Assembly: GCF_039541115.1 (NCBI RefSeq)
Contig: NZ_BAABFP010000002.1
Coordinates: forward strand, 1,116,001-1,180,000
Origin: Angustibacter luteus
GTDB lineage: Bacteria; Actinomycetota; Actinomycetes; Actinomycetales; Angustibacteraceae
Direction of reading: 5' to 3'
DNA length: 64,000 nt
Shown here piece after piece: positions 8,873 through 17,747 of the stretch. The notes under the pieces are model-generated. The model saw only the letters and a list, made by a program, of their open reading frames with translations. It was not told where the DNA came from and made no database searches. How positions within the stretch are numbered: position 1 is the first letter of the stretch; each line of letters opens with the position of its first letter. A program made the translations under genes and the position numbers.

Positions 8873-10315
8873 ATGCGCCAGCTCACCCTGCCCGCGGCGA
8901 CCCCGCGGCGTCTCGCCCTGATCGCCGCCCCAGCGCTCGCCCTGGCCGCCGCGCTCTCGGCGGCCCTCCCCGCGTCCGCCACCACGGACGGCGTCGCGGC
9001 TGCCCCGGCCGCCGCCACGGTCGCCGCCGCACCGAACGGCTACGCCAGCACCATCGCCCTGAACAACTGCTCGGGCGCACTCGTCCGCTACCCCACGTCC
9101 GTGAGCACCGACCGCGCGATGCTGCTCACCAACGGCCACTGCTACGAGGGCGGCATGCCCGGCGCCGGGCAGGTGCTGGTCAACAAGTCGAGCACCCGCA
9201 GCGGCACCCTGCTCAGCTCCAGCGGGTCCAGCCTCGGCACCGTGCGCGCGGACCAGCTGCTCTACGCCACGATGACCGGCACCGACGTCGCGCTCTACCG
9301 GCTCAACGAGACCTTCGCGTCGATCACCTCGAAGTACAGCGCCACGGCACTGACCATCCAGGCGGCCCACCCGAGCGACCGGTCGAACATCGTCATCCCG
9401 TCGTCGTACTGGAAGCAGACCTGGAACTGCTCGATCAACGGCTTCGTGCCGACCCTGCGCGAGGACGCCTGGACCTGGCAGGACGCCATCCGCTACAACA
9501 CCGGCTGCAGCACCACGCACGGGACGTCGGGCTCGCCGATCCTCGACGCGACCAGCGGCAACGTCGTCGGGATCAACAACACCGGCAACGACGACGGGGC
9601 GATGTGCACGCTCAACAACCCCTGCGAGGTGGACGCCAACGGGAACACCAAGGCGACCAAGGGCCAGAGCTACGGCGAGCAGACCTCCTGGTTCACCACG
9701 TGCCTGACGTCGTCCAACGCCATCGACCTGACCAAGGCCGGCTGCCTGCTGACCAAGCCCGCGGGCACACCGACCCAGACCCCGACGTCCACCCCGACGT
9801 CCACCCCGACGTCCACGCCGACGGGGACGCCGACGGGGACGCCGACGACCACCCCGCCAACGGGCACGAACCTGCTGCTCAACCCCGGCTTCGAGTCGGG
9901 TGCGGTGAACTGGACCGGCACGTCCGGCCCGGTCACCAACAACACCGGCCGCCCGGCCCGGACGGGTTCGTGGAAGCTCTGGCTGGGGGGCAACGGCTCC
10001 GCCGGGACCGAGACCGTCGGCCAGCAGGTCGCCGTCCCCTCGACCGGGAACCCGACGCTCACCTTCTGGTTGCGCTCGGACACCGCCGAGACCGGCTCCA
10101 CGGTCTACGACTCGATGAAGGCCCAGGTCGTCTCCGGCTCCACCACCACCACCCTGGCCACGTACTCCAACGTCGGGACCAGCACGACGTACGCCCAGAA
10201 GTCCTTCGACCTGTCCTCCTTCAAGGGCAAGACGGTCACCATCCGGTTCACCGGGACCGAGGACTCCTACCTGCAGACCAGCTGGGTCATCGACGACACG
10301 TCCCTGACCAGCTGA
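8873..10315 (+). CDS. secreted trypsin-like (S1) serine protease with the same C-terminal module
   Basis: GGAGG RBS; signal peptide; LLTNGHC, TDVALY and GTSGSP catalytic motifs. Confidence 0.88.
   Translation: MRQLTLPAATPRRLALIAAPALALAAALSAALPASATTDGVAAAPAAATVAAAPNGYASTIALNNCSGALVRYPTSVSTDRAMLLTNGHCYEGGMPGAGQVLVNKSSTRSGTLLSSSGSSLGTVRADQLLYATMTGTDVALYRLNETFASITSKYSATALTIQAAHPSDRSNIVIPSSYWKQTWNCSINGFVPTLREDAWTWQDAIRYNTGCSTTHGTSGSPILDATSGNVVGINNTGNDDGAMCTLNNPCEVDANGNTKATKGQSYGEQTSWFTTCLTSSNAIDLTKAGCLLTKPAGTPTQTPTSTPTSTPTSTPTGTPTGTPTTTPPTGTNLLLNPGFESGAVNWTGTSGPVTNNTGRPARTGSWKLWLGGNGSAGTETVGQQVAVPSTGNPTLTFWLRSDTAETGSTVYDSMKAQVVSGSTTTTLATYSNVGTSTTYAQKSFDLSSFKGKTVTIRFTGTEDSYLQTSWVIDDTSLTS
9840..10315 (+). 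repeat. ~475-bp direct repeat copy 2
   Basis: Matches 8281-8756 with only scattered substitutions. Confidence 0.9.
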
Positions 10316-10324
10316 GGGCGCCGA

Positions 10325-10376
10325 GGTCTACGTCCGCTTCTCGAGGCGAAGAACCCTCGAGAAGCGGACGTAGACC
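10325..10376 (+). terminator. long hairpin / terminator
   Basis: Perfect 22-bp stem GGTCTACGTCCGCTTCTCGAGG / CCTCGAGAAGCGGACGTAGACC, 8-nt loop. Confidence 0.75.
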
Positions 10377-10496
10377 CACGTAACGTGATCAACGCACGGG
10401 GACGGGCGCGCAGCGGACAGCGCGCCGACCACGCGCAGCCGGGATCGGGGTCTACCGTTTGCTCGGGATCGCAGCACCGAACGGGGAGGCACCACG

Positions 10497-10676
10497 TTGA
10501 GCGAGGGCGACCGGCGGACGATCGAGCAGCTGAGCAGTGAACGCAACCAGGTGCGCTGGGCGCTCGAGGCGACCAGGCAGACCATCACCTCGGTCCTGGC
10601 ACTGCCCGAGAACCAGGTGGGGGAGCAGGCGCGGGCCCTGCTGCAGACCCAGCTGGACGACCTGAACCGGCTCTAG
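10497..10676 (+). CDS. small hypothetical helical protein (59 aa), not in the ORF track
   Basis: GGGGAGG RBS then TTG; MSEGDRRTIEQLSSERNQVRWALEATRQTITSVLALPENQVGEQARALLQTQLDDLNRL*; strongly G/C third positions. Confidence 0.65.
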   Translation: MSEGDRRTIEQLSSERNQVRWALEATRQTITSVLALPENQVGEQARALLQTQLDDLNRL

Positions 10677-10733
10677 CCCGATCCGCGCAACGGAGTCATG
10701 GTCACTCCTGGCGTCCGGGTGGATGATCGGCGC

Positions 10734-11732
10734 ATGACCTCCACCGATGAGCTCCGCGCGATGGTCTCCGGGGTACGGGTCTCGGCCGCGCTGTGCGTCG
10801 CGGCCGAGCTCGGTCTGTCCGACCTGCTCGTCACCGGTCCGCGCACGGTCGCCGACCTGGCCGCCGCGTCCCGCTCGGACGAGCGGACCCTGCGCCGCCT
10901 GCTGCGGGCGCTGGCCACGGTCGGCGTCTACGTCGAGCGGCCCGACGGCATGTTCGCCGGCACCGAGCTGTCCGACGGTCTGCGTTCGGACGTCCCCGGC
11001 AGCGTGCGGGCGATGGCTCGCACCACGGCCGACCCGGCAGTCTGGGCGGCGTGGGGACACCTGCTGCACAGCGTGCGAACGGGGCGGAACGCGTTCGAGG
11101 AGCTGCACGGGGTCGACGTGTGGACGCACCGCCGCGAGAACCCGCAGTGGAACGCCATCTTCAACGAGAACATGACCGTGCTGAGCTCACTGGTCGCCGA
11201 CCGGGTGGCGTCCGCGTACGACTTCAGCGGGTGCACGAGCGTGGTCGACGTCGGCGGCGGGCAGGGGGTCATGCTCGAGGCGGTGCTCACCCGGCACCCG
11301 CACCTGACGGGCACCGTGTTCGACCGGGCGCACGTCGTCGCCTCGGCGCCCAGCCAGCCGGCACCCGCGGTCGCCGGCCGGTGGTCGCTGGTCTCGGGCA
11401 GCTTCTTCGACGCCGTCCCCCCGGCCGACGCCTACCTGCTGAAGTCGGTGCTGCACGACTGGCCGGACGACGCCTGCGTCGCCATCCTGCGCACCTGCGC
11501 CGAAGGGCTCAGCGAGGACGGCGTGGTGCTCGTCGTGGAACGGGTGCTCGGCCGGACGGGCCGCGAGGTCGAGGGGGCCTTCTCCGACCTGAACATGCTG
11601 GTGCTGCCGGGCGGCCAGGAACGCACCGAGTCCGAGTACGCCGCGCTGTTCGCCGCCGCGGGACTCACGCTCGTGCAGGTCATCGACACCGGGAGCGCGT
11701 TCCCGATCCTCGAGGCCCGCCGCGCTGGCTGA
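10734..11732 (+). CDS. SAM-dependent O-methyltransferase (dimerisation + Methyltransf_2 type)
   Basis: VVDVGGGQG, GSFFD, LKSVLHDW, GGQERTESEY motifs. Confidence 0.9.
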   Translation: MTSTDELRAMVSGVRVSAALCVAAELGLSDLLVTGPRTVADLAAASRSDERTLRRLLRALATVGVYVERPDGMFAGTELSDGLRSDVPGSVRAMARTTADPAVWAAWGHLLHSVRTGRNAFEELHGVDVWTHRRENPQWNAIFNENMTVLSSLVADRVASAYDFSGCTSVVDVGGGQGVMLEAVLTRHPHLTGTVFDRAHVVASAPSQPAPAVAGRWSLVSGSFFDAVPPADAYLLKSVLHDWPDDACVAILRTCAEGLSEDGVVLVVERVLGRTGREVEGAFSDLNMLVLPGGQERTESEYAALFAAAGLTLVQVIDTGSAFPILEARRAG

Positions 11733-11753
11733 CAGCCGCACGACGGCCCGACG

Positions 11754-12584
11754 TCAGCGGATCGCCATCACCGCGCCGGCCCGCTCCCAGCGCATCACGC
11801 GCAGCAACGAGCCGGTCGGCAGCGAGACGCACCCGGCGGTGCCGTGGCCCAGGTCGACGTGGAAGAAGATGGCGGACCCGCGCCCCGGCGTCCGCGCCTC
11901 GTTGTACCCGATCACCTGGGCGTAGCCGTAGGCCGGCGTGTTCAGCAGCTTCTCGGCGCTGTCCCACCGCCCGCTCGCCGGCGTCCGCTGGTGGGTGTTG
12001 TAGAGCGAGGACGACGAGTCGTCGACCCAGACGTCCTTGGCGTCCACCCGCAGCCAGGACCCCGTCGCCAGCCCGGGGTTGCCGTTGGCGCCGAAGCCGC
12101 CCCGCAGCGGGAAGACCCCGGCGGGCGTGCGCAGGTCGCCCTCGCGCTTGCTCGCGCTCACCCCGTTCTTGCCGACGTGGCCCGAGTACGGCCCGAGCTC
12201 GAGGACGTAGTGGCTGCCGCTGCGCCGGCAGGCCCGCACGGTGGCCGAGGAGCCGGACGACGTCACCAGCACGACCTGCGTGGCGCTGACCCCGGACGGC
12301 ACCGAGCAGCGCGCCGCGGCCGGCTTCGGGTGCGGCTTCGGCCGCGGCTTGGTCGGTCGGGGGCTGGCCTGCTTGACGGGGCTGGGCTTCCTGGTCGGCG
12401 TCCGGGTCGGGGTCGCCGTCGCGGTCGCGGAGGGTGTCGGGGTGGCGGACGGCGTCGTGGTGACAGAGGTCGCTGGGGTCGCGGTCGGCGTACCCACGGC
12501 CGCCTCTGGCCCGCCGTCGGCACACCCGGTGAGCAGCGCCGTCCCGGCGATGGCCACGACGACCAGGTTGCGGCGCACCGTCAT
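11754..12584 (-). CDS. L,D-transpeptidase (YkuD-like) lipoprotein
   Basis: Lipobox LLTGC; KREGDLRTPAG and GSAIFFH...GTAGCV motifs. Confidence 0.85.
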   Translation of the reverse strand: MTVRRNLVVVAIAGTALLTGCADGGPEAAVGTPTATPATSVTTTPSATPTPSATATATPTRTPTRKPSPVKQASPRPTKPRPKPHPKPAAARCSVPSGVSATQVVLVTSSGSSATVRACRRSGSHYVLELGPYSGHVGKNGVSASKREGDLRTPAGVFPLRGGFGANGNPGLATGSWLRVDAKDVWVDDSSSSLYNTHQRTPASGRWDSAEKLLNTPAYGYAQVIGYNEARTPGRGSAIFFHVDLGHGTAGCVSLPTGSLLRVMRWERAGAVMAIR

Positions 12585-13504
12585 CGGGCGTCGAAGTGCT
12601 GGTAGTCGGGGTGCGACCAGCGACCGCCCCAGGTCATCCCCTCGCGGGTGAACGCGCGCACCGCGGCGCTCGAGCTGGACGAGAAGACGCCGGGTGCCGG
12701 CGAGCGCCGGTGGGCGTAGTACGCGTCGGGGTAGATCGTGCCGCCGTCGGCGATGTACGGGTTCTCGAAGTCGTTGACGTCGATCGCGCTGCCGTAGGCG
12801 TGGTTGGAGTACTGCTTGCGCTCCTCCTCACCCCCGACGTAGCGGCAGTTGAACGCCGAGGTGTTGTCGGCGTCCATCGCGGCGTAGTCGTTGGCTCCTG
12901 GGCCCTTGGGGTTCTTGCCCCAGGTGGAGTCCATCGGACGCATCTGCCGGATCCGGAACTGCTGTTCGTACAGCCGCGTGAAGGCCCGCGCGGTGGCCGA
13001 GGCGACGTTCTTGTTGACCACGATCGCGCCACGCGAGCGCTTGCCGTCGAAGCCCCAGAAGTTGACCGTGACGTAGCGCAGGCCGGAGCGTCCGACCGGG
13101 CAGCCCTTGGTCCAGGAGTAGCCGACCATCCGCTGCCACACCGAGTCCGGGATCGCGGAGACCTGCGCGTTCGCGCCGCCGCCCTGGGCCGGCTGGTTCT
13201 TGGGGAACCGCACCGTGGGCTGCGCGCCCTTCGCCGGGACCGGCGCCAGGGCCGTGGGCGACGTCGACGTCGTGCTGGTCGCCTTGCTGGGCTTGGGCTT
13301 CGGCTTGGGTTTCGGCTTGGCCGTGGTCGGTGCCGGGGTGGACGTCGTCGGGCTCGGGGCACTGGTGGTGGCCGTCGGCGCGGAGCTGCTGGCGCTCGGA
13401 CTGGCGGACGTGGCCGTCGTCCCAGGATCGTCCGCGCCGCACCCGGCCAGGGCGAGCAGCGCGACGGCGAGACCGGCCGCGAGGCCGGTGTGCACGGCCC
13501 TCAC
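12581..13504 (-). CDS. M15-family D,D-carboxypeptidase-like lipoprotein
   Basis: Lipobox LAGC; NTSAFNCR, SNHAYGSAIDVN, DYQHFD motifs; GTG overlaps the upstream stop. Confidence 0.85.
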   Translation of the reverse strand: MRAVHTGLAAGLAVALLALAGCGADDPGTTATSASPSASSSAPTATTSAPSPTTSTPAPTTAKPKPKPKPKPSKATSTTSTSPTALAPVPAKGAQPTVRFPKNQPAQGGGANAQVSAIPDSVWQRMVGYSWTKGCPVGRSGLRYVTVNFWGFDGKRSRGAIVVNKNVASATARAFTRLYEQQFRIRQMRPMDSTWGKNPKGPGANDYAAMDADNTSAFNCRYVGGEEERKQYSNHAYGSAIDVNDFENPYIADGGTIYPDAYYAHRRSPAPGVFSSSSSAAVRAFTREGMTWGGRWSHPDYQHFDAR

Positions 13505-14676
13505 GAGAAGAACACCGACCGGCGCTGCATGAGCAGCGCGTACAGGGTCTGCTGGATCGTCTCGCGCACCTGGTCGGTGATGTTGAAGACCAGCATCGGG
13601 TCGTCGGCACCGCCGTCCAGGTCGGCGGTGTCGATCGGTGCCCCGAACTCGATGATCCACTTGCTGGGCAACGGGATCAGCCCGAGCGGGCCGAGCCACG
13701 GGAAGGTCGGGGTCATCGGCAGGTACGGGACGCCCAGCAGTCGGGCGAGTGACTTGAAGTTGCCGAGGATGGGGTAGATCTCCTCCGCGCCGACGATGGA
13801 GCAGGGGACGATCGGCACCCCCGCCTGCAGCGCCGCGGACACGAAACCGCCGCGCCCGAACCGCTGCAGCTTGTACCGCTCGCTGAACGGCTTGCCGATC
13901 CCCTTGAAACCCTCCGGCCAGACCCCGACGAGCTCGCCGGAGCGCAGCAGCCGCTCCGCGTCGGACTGGATCGCCAGTGTGGTGCCGGTCTTGCGCGCGA
14001 AGGAGCCCACGAACGGCGCGGCGAACACGAGGTCGGCGCCGAGCATGCGCAGGTTGCGCGACGCCGGGTGCTCGTCGTGCACGGCCAGCTGGGTCATCAG
14101 CGAGTCCATCGCGATGGTGCCGGAGTGGTTGGCCACGACCAGCGCGCCGCCGGTGTGCGGGATGTTCTCGATGCCGCGCACCTCGACCCGGAACCAGCTG
14201 CGGTACAACGGTCGCAGCGCGGGCAGCACCGCCTCGGTCAGGTCGGCGTCGAAGCCGAACTCGTCGACCACGTAGTCACCGGACAGCCGGCGCCGCAGGA
14301 AGGCCAGGGCGTGCGCGACGTGCTGGTCGACGTCCGCGACGCCGGCCCGGCGTCCCTCGGTGACCAGCGCCTCGACGATCGCCCCCACCGCGTGCTGCAG
14401 CAGGGTCGCCGGGTTGAGGGCTCCCCCGTGCGTGGGCTGGTCGCCCGGCGGGATGACCTCGGGCACCGGCGGTGGCGCCGAGTCCGCGATCAGCGGGGTG
14501 CCGCGGCGCTTGGCCCGCTCCCCGGAGGCGCGTCGGGCACCCGCCGCGAGCACGTCCGCGCCCTTGCCCGTGGGCTTCGGTGCGGGCTTCGACAGGGGCA
14601 TCGCCGCGGGCTTCGCGCCGCCCTTGGCGCGCCCGCGGTCCAGCGGGATCACCCGCCCGTCCTGCTCCGAGCTCAT
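13501..14676 (-). CDS. lysophospholipid/1-acyl-glycerol-3-phosphate acyltransferase family protein
   Basis: VVANHSG..MD and WPEG motifs; YVVDEFGFD; conserved position after the epimerase. Confidence 0.88.
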   Translation of the reverse strand: MSSEQDGRVIPLDRGRAKGGAKPAAMPLSKPAPKPTGKGADVLAAGARRASGERAKRRGTPLIADSAPPPVPEVIPPGDQPTHGGALNPATLLQHAVGAIVEALVTEGRRAGVADVDQHVAHALAFLRRRLSGDYVVDEFGFDADLTEAVLPALRPLYRSWFRVEVRGIENIPHTGGALVVANHSGTIAMDSLMTQLAVHDEHPASRNLRMLGADLVFAAPFVGSFARKTGTTLAIQSDAERLLRSGELVGVWPEGFKGIGKPFSERYKLQRFGRGGFVSAALQAGVPIVPCSIVGAEEIYPILGNFKSLARLLGVPYLPMTPTFPWLGPLGLIPLPSKWIIEFGAPIDTADLDGGADDPMLVFNITDQVRETIQQTLYALLMQRRSVFFS

Positions 14677-15707
14677 GCCTCGCTCACCTGCCGGTCCACC
14701 CACTGCTCGGCGGCGCGCGTCGCGTCGACCAGCCGCGGCACCAGAGCGGCGCGCGGCCCGCGCCGGGCGTCCACGAACGACTGGAACGCCTCGAGGGTCG
14801 TGTGTCGCGGCTCGAAGCCCAGCACCTCGCGCATCCGGGTGGTGTCCAGCCCGCGTCCGTGCGCCAGCTGGTTCATCTGCTCGGGCGAGAAGTCCGCGAG
14901 CCGCGAGCGGCGCACGACCTGGCCGACCCAGCCGGTGGCCTGCATCGGCACCGGGACGGTCACCCGGCCGGCCAGCCTGGCGGCCTGGGAGACCGTGATC
15001 ACGCCGTCGCCGGCAACGTTCACCAGCCCAGCGCCCTCGGGGCGGACCGTGGCGACCGCGAGGGCGTCCAGCGCGTCGTCCTCGTGGACGAACTGCAGAC
15101 GGGCGTCGAAGCCGAGCACCGTCGGGACCACCGGCAGCGAGAAGTAGTCGGTCATCGTGGTCGAGATGCCGGGGCCGATGATGTTCGCGAAGCGCAGCAC
15201 GGACACCTCGACGTCGGCCCGGCGGCGGGAGAAGCCGCGCACGTAGCCCTCGACCTCGACCGAGTCCTTGCCGAAGCCGGCCCGCGGCAGCGCCTTGGGG
15301 CCCATGTCCTCGCTGAACATGGCCGGGTCGCGGGGCGAGGAGCCGTAGACCGCGGCGCTGCTCTTGACCACGAGCCGCTGCACGCTCGGCGCCTTCTGGC
15401 AGGCGGCGAGCAGCTGCATCGTGCCGATGACGTTGATCTCCTTCATGGAGACCCGTCCGCCGGCGGAGACCGGCGTGGCGATGACGTTGAGGTGCGCGAC
15501 CGTGTCGACGCCCGCCTGGGCGATCACCTTGGCGATGATCGGGTTGCGGATGTCGGCCCGGACGAACTCCGCGTCGCCGATGGAGTGCGGTGGGGGGACG
15601 ACGTCCACCCCGATCACCCGGTCGATGCCCGGGTGATCGGTCAGCAGGCGCGCGAAGCGGCCGCCCAGGTACCGGGACACCCCGGTGACCAGCACGACCT
15701 GCCCCAC
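14673..15707 (-). CDS. NAD-dependent epimerase/dehydratase
   Basis: VLVTGVSRYLG, KEINVIGTMQLL, KSSAAVYG. Confidence 0.88.
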   Translation of the reverse strand: MGQVVLVTGVSRYLGGRFARLLTDHPGIDRVIGVDVVPPPHSIGDAEFVRADIRNPIIAKVIAQAGVDTVAHLNVIATPVSAGGRVSMKEINVIGTMQLLAACQKAPSVQRLVVKSSAAVYGSSPRDPAMFSEDMGPKALPRAGFGKDSVEVEGYVRGFSRRRADVEVSVLRFANIIGPGISTTMTDYFSLPVVPTVLGFDARLQFVHEDDALDALAVATVRPEGAGLVNVAGDGVITVSQAARLAGRVTVPVPMQATGWVGQVVRRSRLADFSPEQMNQLAHGRGLDTTRMREVLGFEPRHTTLEAFQSFVDARRGPRAALVPRLVDATRAAEQWVDRQVSEA

Positions 15708-15780
15708 GTGTCACCGTCCTCGCTCGACTGCGTCCTCGACTGCCTGCTTCGACTGCGCGTGCTCGGCTCCAGTATGCGGA

Positions 15781-15808
15781 CGGCCCCCGACCGATGGTCC
15801 GGGGGCCG
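15781..15808 (-). terminator. hairpin after bS22
   Basis: CGGCCCCCG-ACC / GGT-C-CGGGGGCCG inverted repeat. Confidence 0.55.
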
Positions 15809-15814
15809 CTTCGC

Positions 15815-15913
15815 TCACTTCTTGTTGCGACGCTGGTGACGCGTCTTGCGCAGCAGCTTGCGGTGCTTCTTCTTCGCCATCCGCTTGCGGCGCTTCTTGA
15901 TGACCGAGCCCAT
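15815..15913 (-). CDS. 30S ribosomal protein bS22 (AURKAIP1/COX24 domain), 32 aa
   Basis: Manual translation [39 protein letters not shown]. Confidence 0.92.
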   Translation of the reverse strand: MGSVIKKRRKRMAKKKHRKLLRKTRHQRRNKK

Positions 15914-16066
15914 GGAATACCTCGTTCAGTGTCTGTCGGACGGTGCCTGGTCGCCGGAGCCACTGGCAGCCACCGACCGAATCCCGGCCATCCTACCGCC
16001 CGTTGGGGGTAGGTCGGGACGGCGGACGGCCGCCCCCGTCGGGAGCGGCCGTCCGGAGCCCTTGGA

Positions 16067-16267
16067 TCAGGCGGTCTCGATGTACGACGTCTGCAGGTAG
16101 TCGTGCACGGCCTGCTCCGGCACGCGGAACGAGCGACCGACCCGGACGGCGGGCAGGTCACCCGCGTGCACCAGGCGGTACACGGTCATCTTCGAGACGC
16201 GCATGATCTCCGCCACCTCGGCGACGGTCAGGAACCGCACCTCGGCGAGCTTGTTGTCCTTCGGCAT
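16067..16267 (-). CDS. excisionase-like HTH DNA-binding protein (Rv0500A/BdtA-like)
   Basis: FLTVAEVAEIMRVSKMTVYRLVHAGDLPAVRVGRSFRVP. Confidence 0.9.
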   Translation of the reverse strand: MPKDNKLAEVRFLTVAEVAEIMRVSKMTVYRLVHAGDLPAVRVGRSFRVPEQAVHDYLQTSYIETA

Positions 16268-16468
16268 GTGTCCACCGGTCCTCAGGCATGACGCGCGGCA
16301 CCGGCTTCCCCACCGGTGTCCGATTGCGTGCGTGTTCACGATAGGGGCAGGAGTGACTCGTGGGGAAGACCTAGATCAACATTCACCCGTCTGGTCAAGC
16401 ACCGCCGCCTTCGGCGTGTCGCGCCGCGCGCCGTCCCTCCCCACTTGTGCCCTTTTGCGCGGACGAGG

Positions 16469-17656
16469 TCAGTCGAACCAGGCGTCCAGGCCGTACAGCG
16501 GGAAGACCGCCTTGCGGGTGGCCATGATGGCCCGGTCCACGCCGTCCTCCGGGTCGTAGCCGACCTCCCAGGAGCGCCACCACGGGTCCCGGCCGTCGCC
16601 CATGTGGGCCGGACCGGGCCGGCCGAGCCGGGTGCGGACGTGCTCCAGCCAGTCCGCCGGGACCTCCCGGGACGTCGGCACCGGGGTGTGCGCGGCGATG
16701 CCCACCAGGTGCGCCCAGGAGCGCGGGACGACGTCCACCACCTCGTACCCGCCTCCACCGAGGGCCAGCCAGCGCCCGCCGGCCGCCTCGTGGGCCAGGT
16801 CGTGCAGGCTCTGCTGCGCGGCGCGCTGGGCGTCCACCGAGACCGCCAGGTGGGCCAGCGGGTCGAGGAAGTGGCTGTCGCAGCCGTGCTGGGTCACCAG
16901 GACGTCCGGCTCGAAGGCTCGCACGAGCTGCGGGACGACGGCGTGCAGCGCGCGCAGCCAGCCGGCGTCCGACGTCCCCGGCGGCAGGGCCACGTTGACC
17001 GCGCTGCCCTGCGCCCGGGCGCCACCGAGCTCCTCGGCGAAGCCGGTGCCGGGGAAGAGCACCCGCCCGCTCTCGTGCACCGAGATGGTGAGCACCCGCG
17101 GGTCGTCCCAGAAGATCCGCTCCACGCCGTCCCCGTGGTGCACGTCGACGTCCACGTACGCGACCTTCTGCGCGCCGAGGTCGAGCAGCCGCTGGATCCC
17201 CGCGGCCGCGTCGTTGTAGACGCAGAAGCCGCTGGCCCGGTCGCGCATCGCGTGGTGCAGGCCGCCGCAGAAGTTCACCGCGTGCTCGACCTCGCCGTCC
17301 CACACCCCCGTCGCCAGGTCGACGCTGCCCTGCACGACGCGGGCGCTCGCCTCGTGCATGCCGACGAAGGCCGGGTCGTCGTCCGTGCCGAGCCCGCGGG
17401 ACGGGTCGGCGGACGACGGGTCGAGCGAGGCGGCCTTCACCGCGGCGACGTAGTCCAGGTCGTGCACGGTGGCCAGCAGCGCGTCGTCCGCGGGCTCGGC
17501 GCCGACCACCTCGACCCGGCTCGCGTCGTCGAACAGGCCGAGCGCCCGGCACAACCGGGCCGTCAGGTCGAGCCGTAGCGGGTCCATCGGGTGGGCGGCA
17601 CCGAAGTCGTACTTCGTGAACGAGTCGTCCCAGAGCACGCGCAGCTGCCTCGCCAT
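16469..17656 (-). CDS. acuC: acetoin utilization protein AcuC / HDAC-family deacetylase
   Basis: HPMDPLRL, GGLHHA, SGFCVYND, DVDVHHGDG, LGGGGY motifs. Confidence 0.9.
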   Translation of the reverse strand: MARQLRVLWDDSFTKYDFGAAHPMDPLRLDLTARLCRALGLFDDASRVEVVGAEPADDALLATVHDLDYVAAVKAASLDPSSADPSRGLGTDDDPAFVGMHEASARVVQGSVDLATGVWDGEVEHAVNFCGGLHHAMRDRASGFCVYNDAAAGIQRLLDLGAQKVAYVDVDVHHGDGVERIFWDDPRVLTISVHESGRVLFPGTGFAEELGGARAQGSAVNVALPPGTSDAGWLRALHAVVPQLVRAFEPDVLVTQHGCDSHFLDPLAHLAVSVDAQRAAQQSLHDLAHEAAGGRWLALGGGGYEVVDVVPRSWAHLVGIAAHTPVPTSREVPADWLEHVRTRLGRPGPAHMGDGRDPWWRSWEVGYDPEDGVDRAIMATRKAVFPLYGLDAWFD

Positions 17657-17747
17657 GCCGCAGACGCTACCCGGCGCGGTGCGCTCGTGCCGGACGCGCC
17701 GGAGCGGCACCATATGGGCAGAGCAGTCGGCGAGCAGGGGGGACGTG

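Noticed and set aside
13501..16161. 886-aa ORF implying a large acyltransferase fusion
   Set aside because: The upstream extension overlaps the epimerase and bS22 in other frames; the likely start is ATG 14676.
16067..16267. excisionase suggesting a prophage or ICE
   Set aside because: Conserved core actinobacterial gene next to bS22; no integrase, att sites or phage genes.
16340..16400. BldD box upstream of the bdtA-like gene
   Set aside because: Only half-site matches (GTGACTC, TTCACCC); too weak to call.
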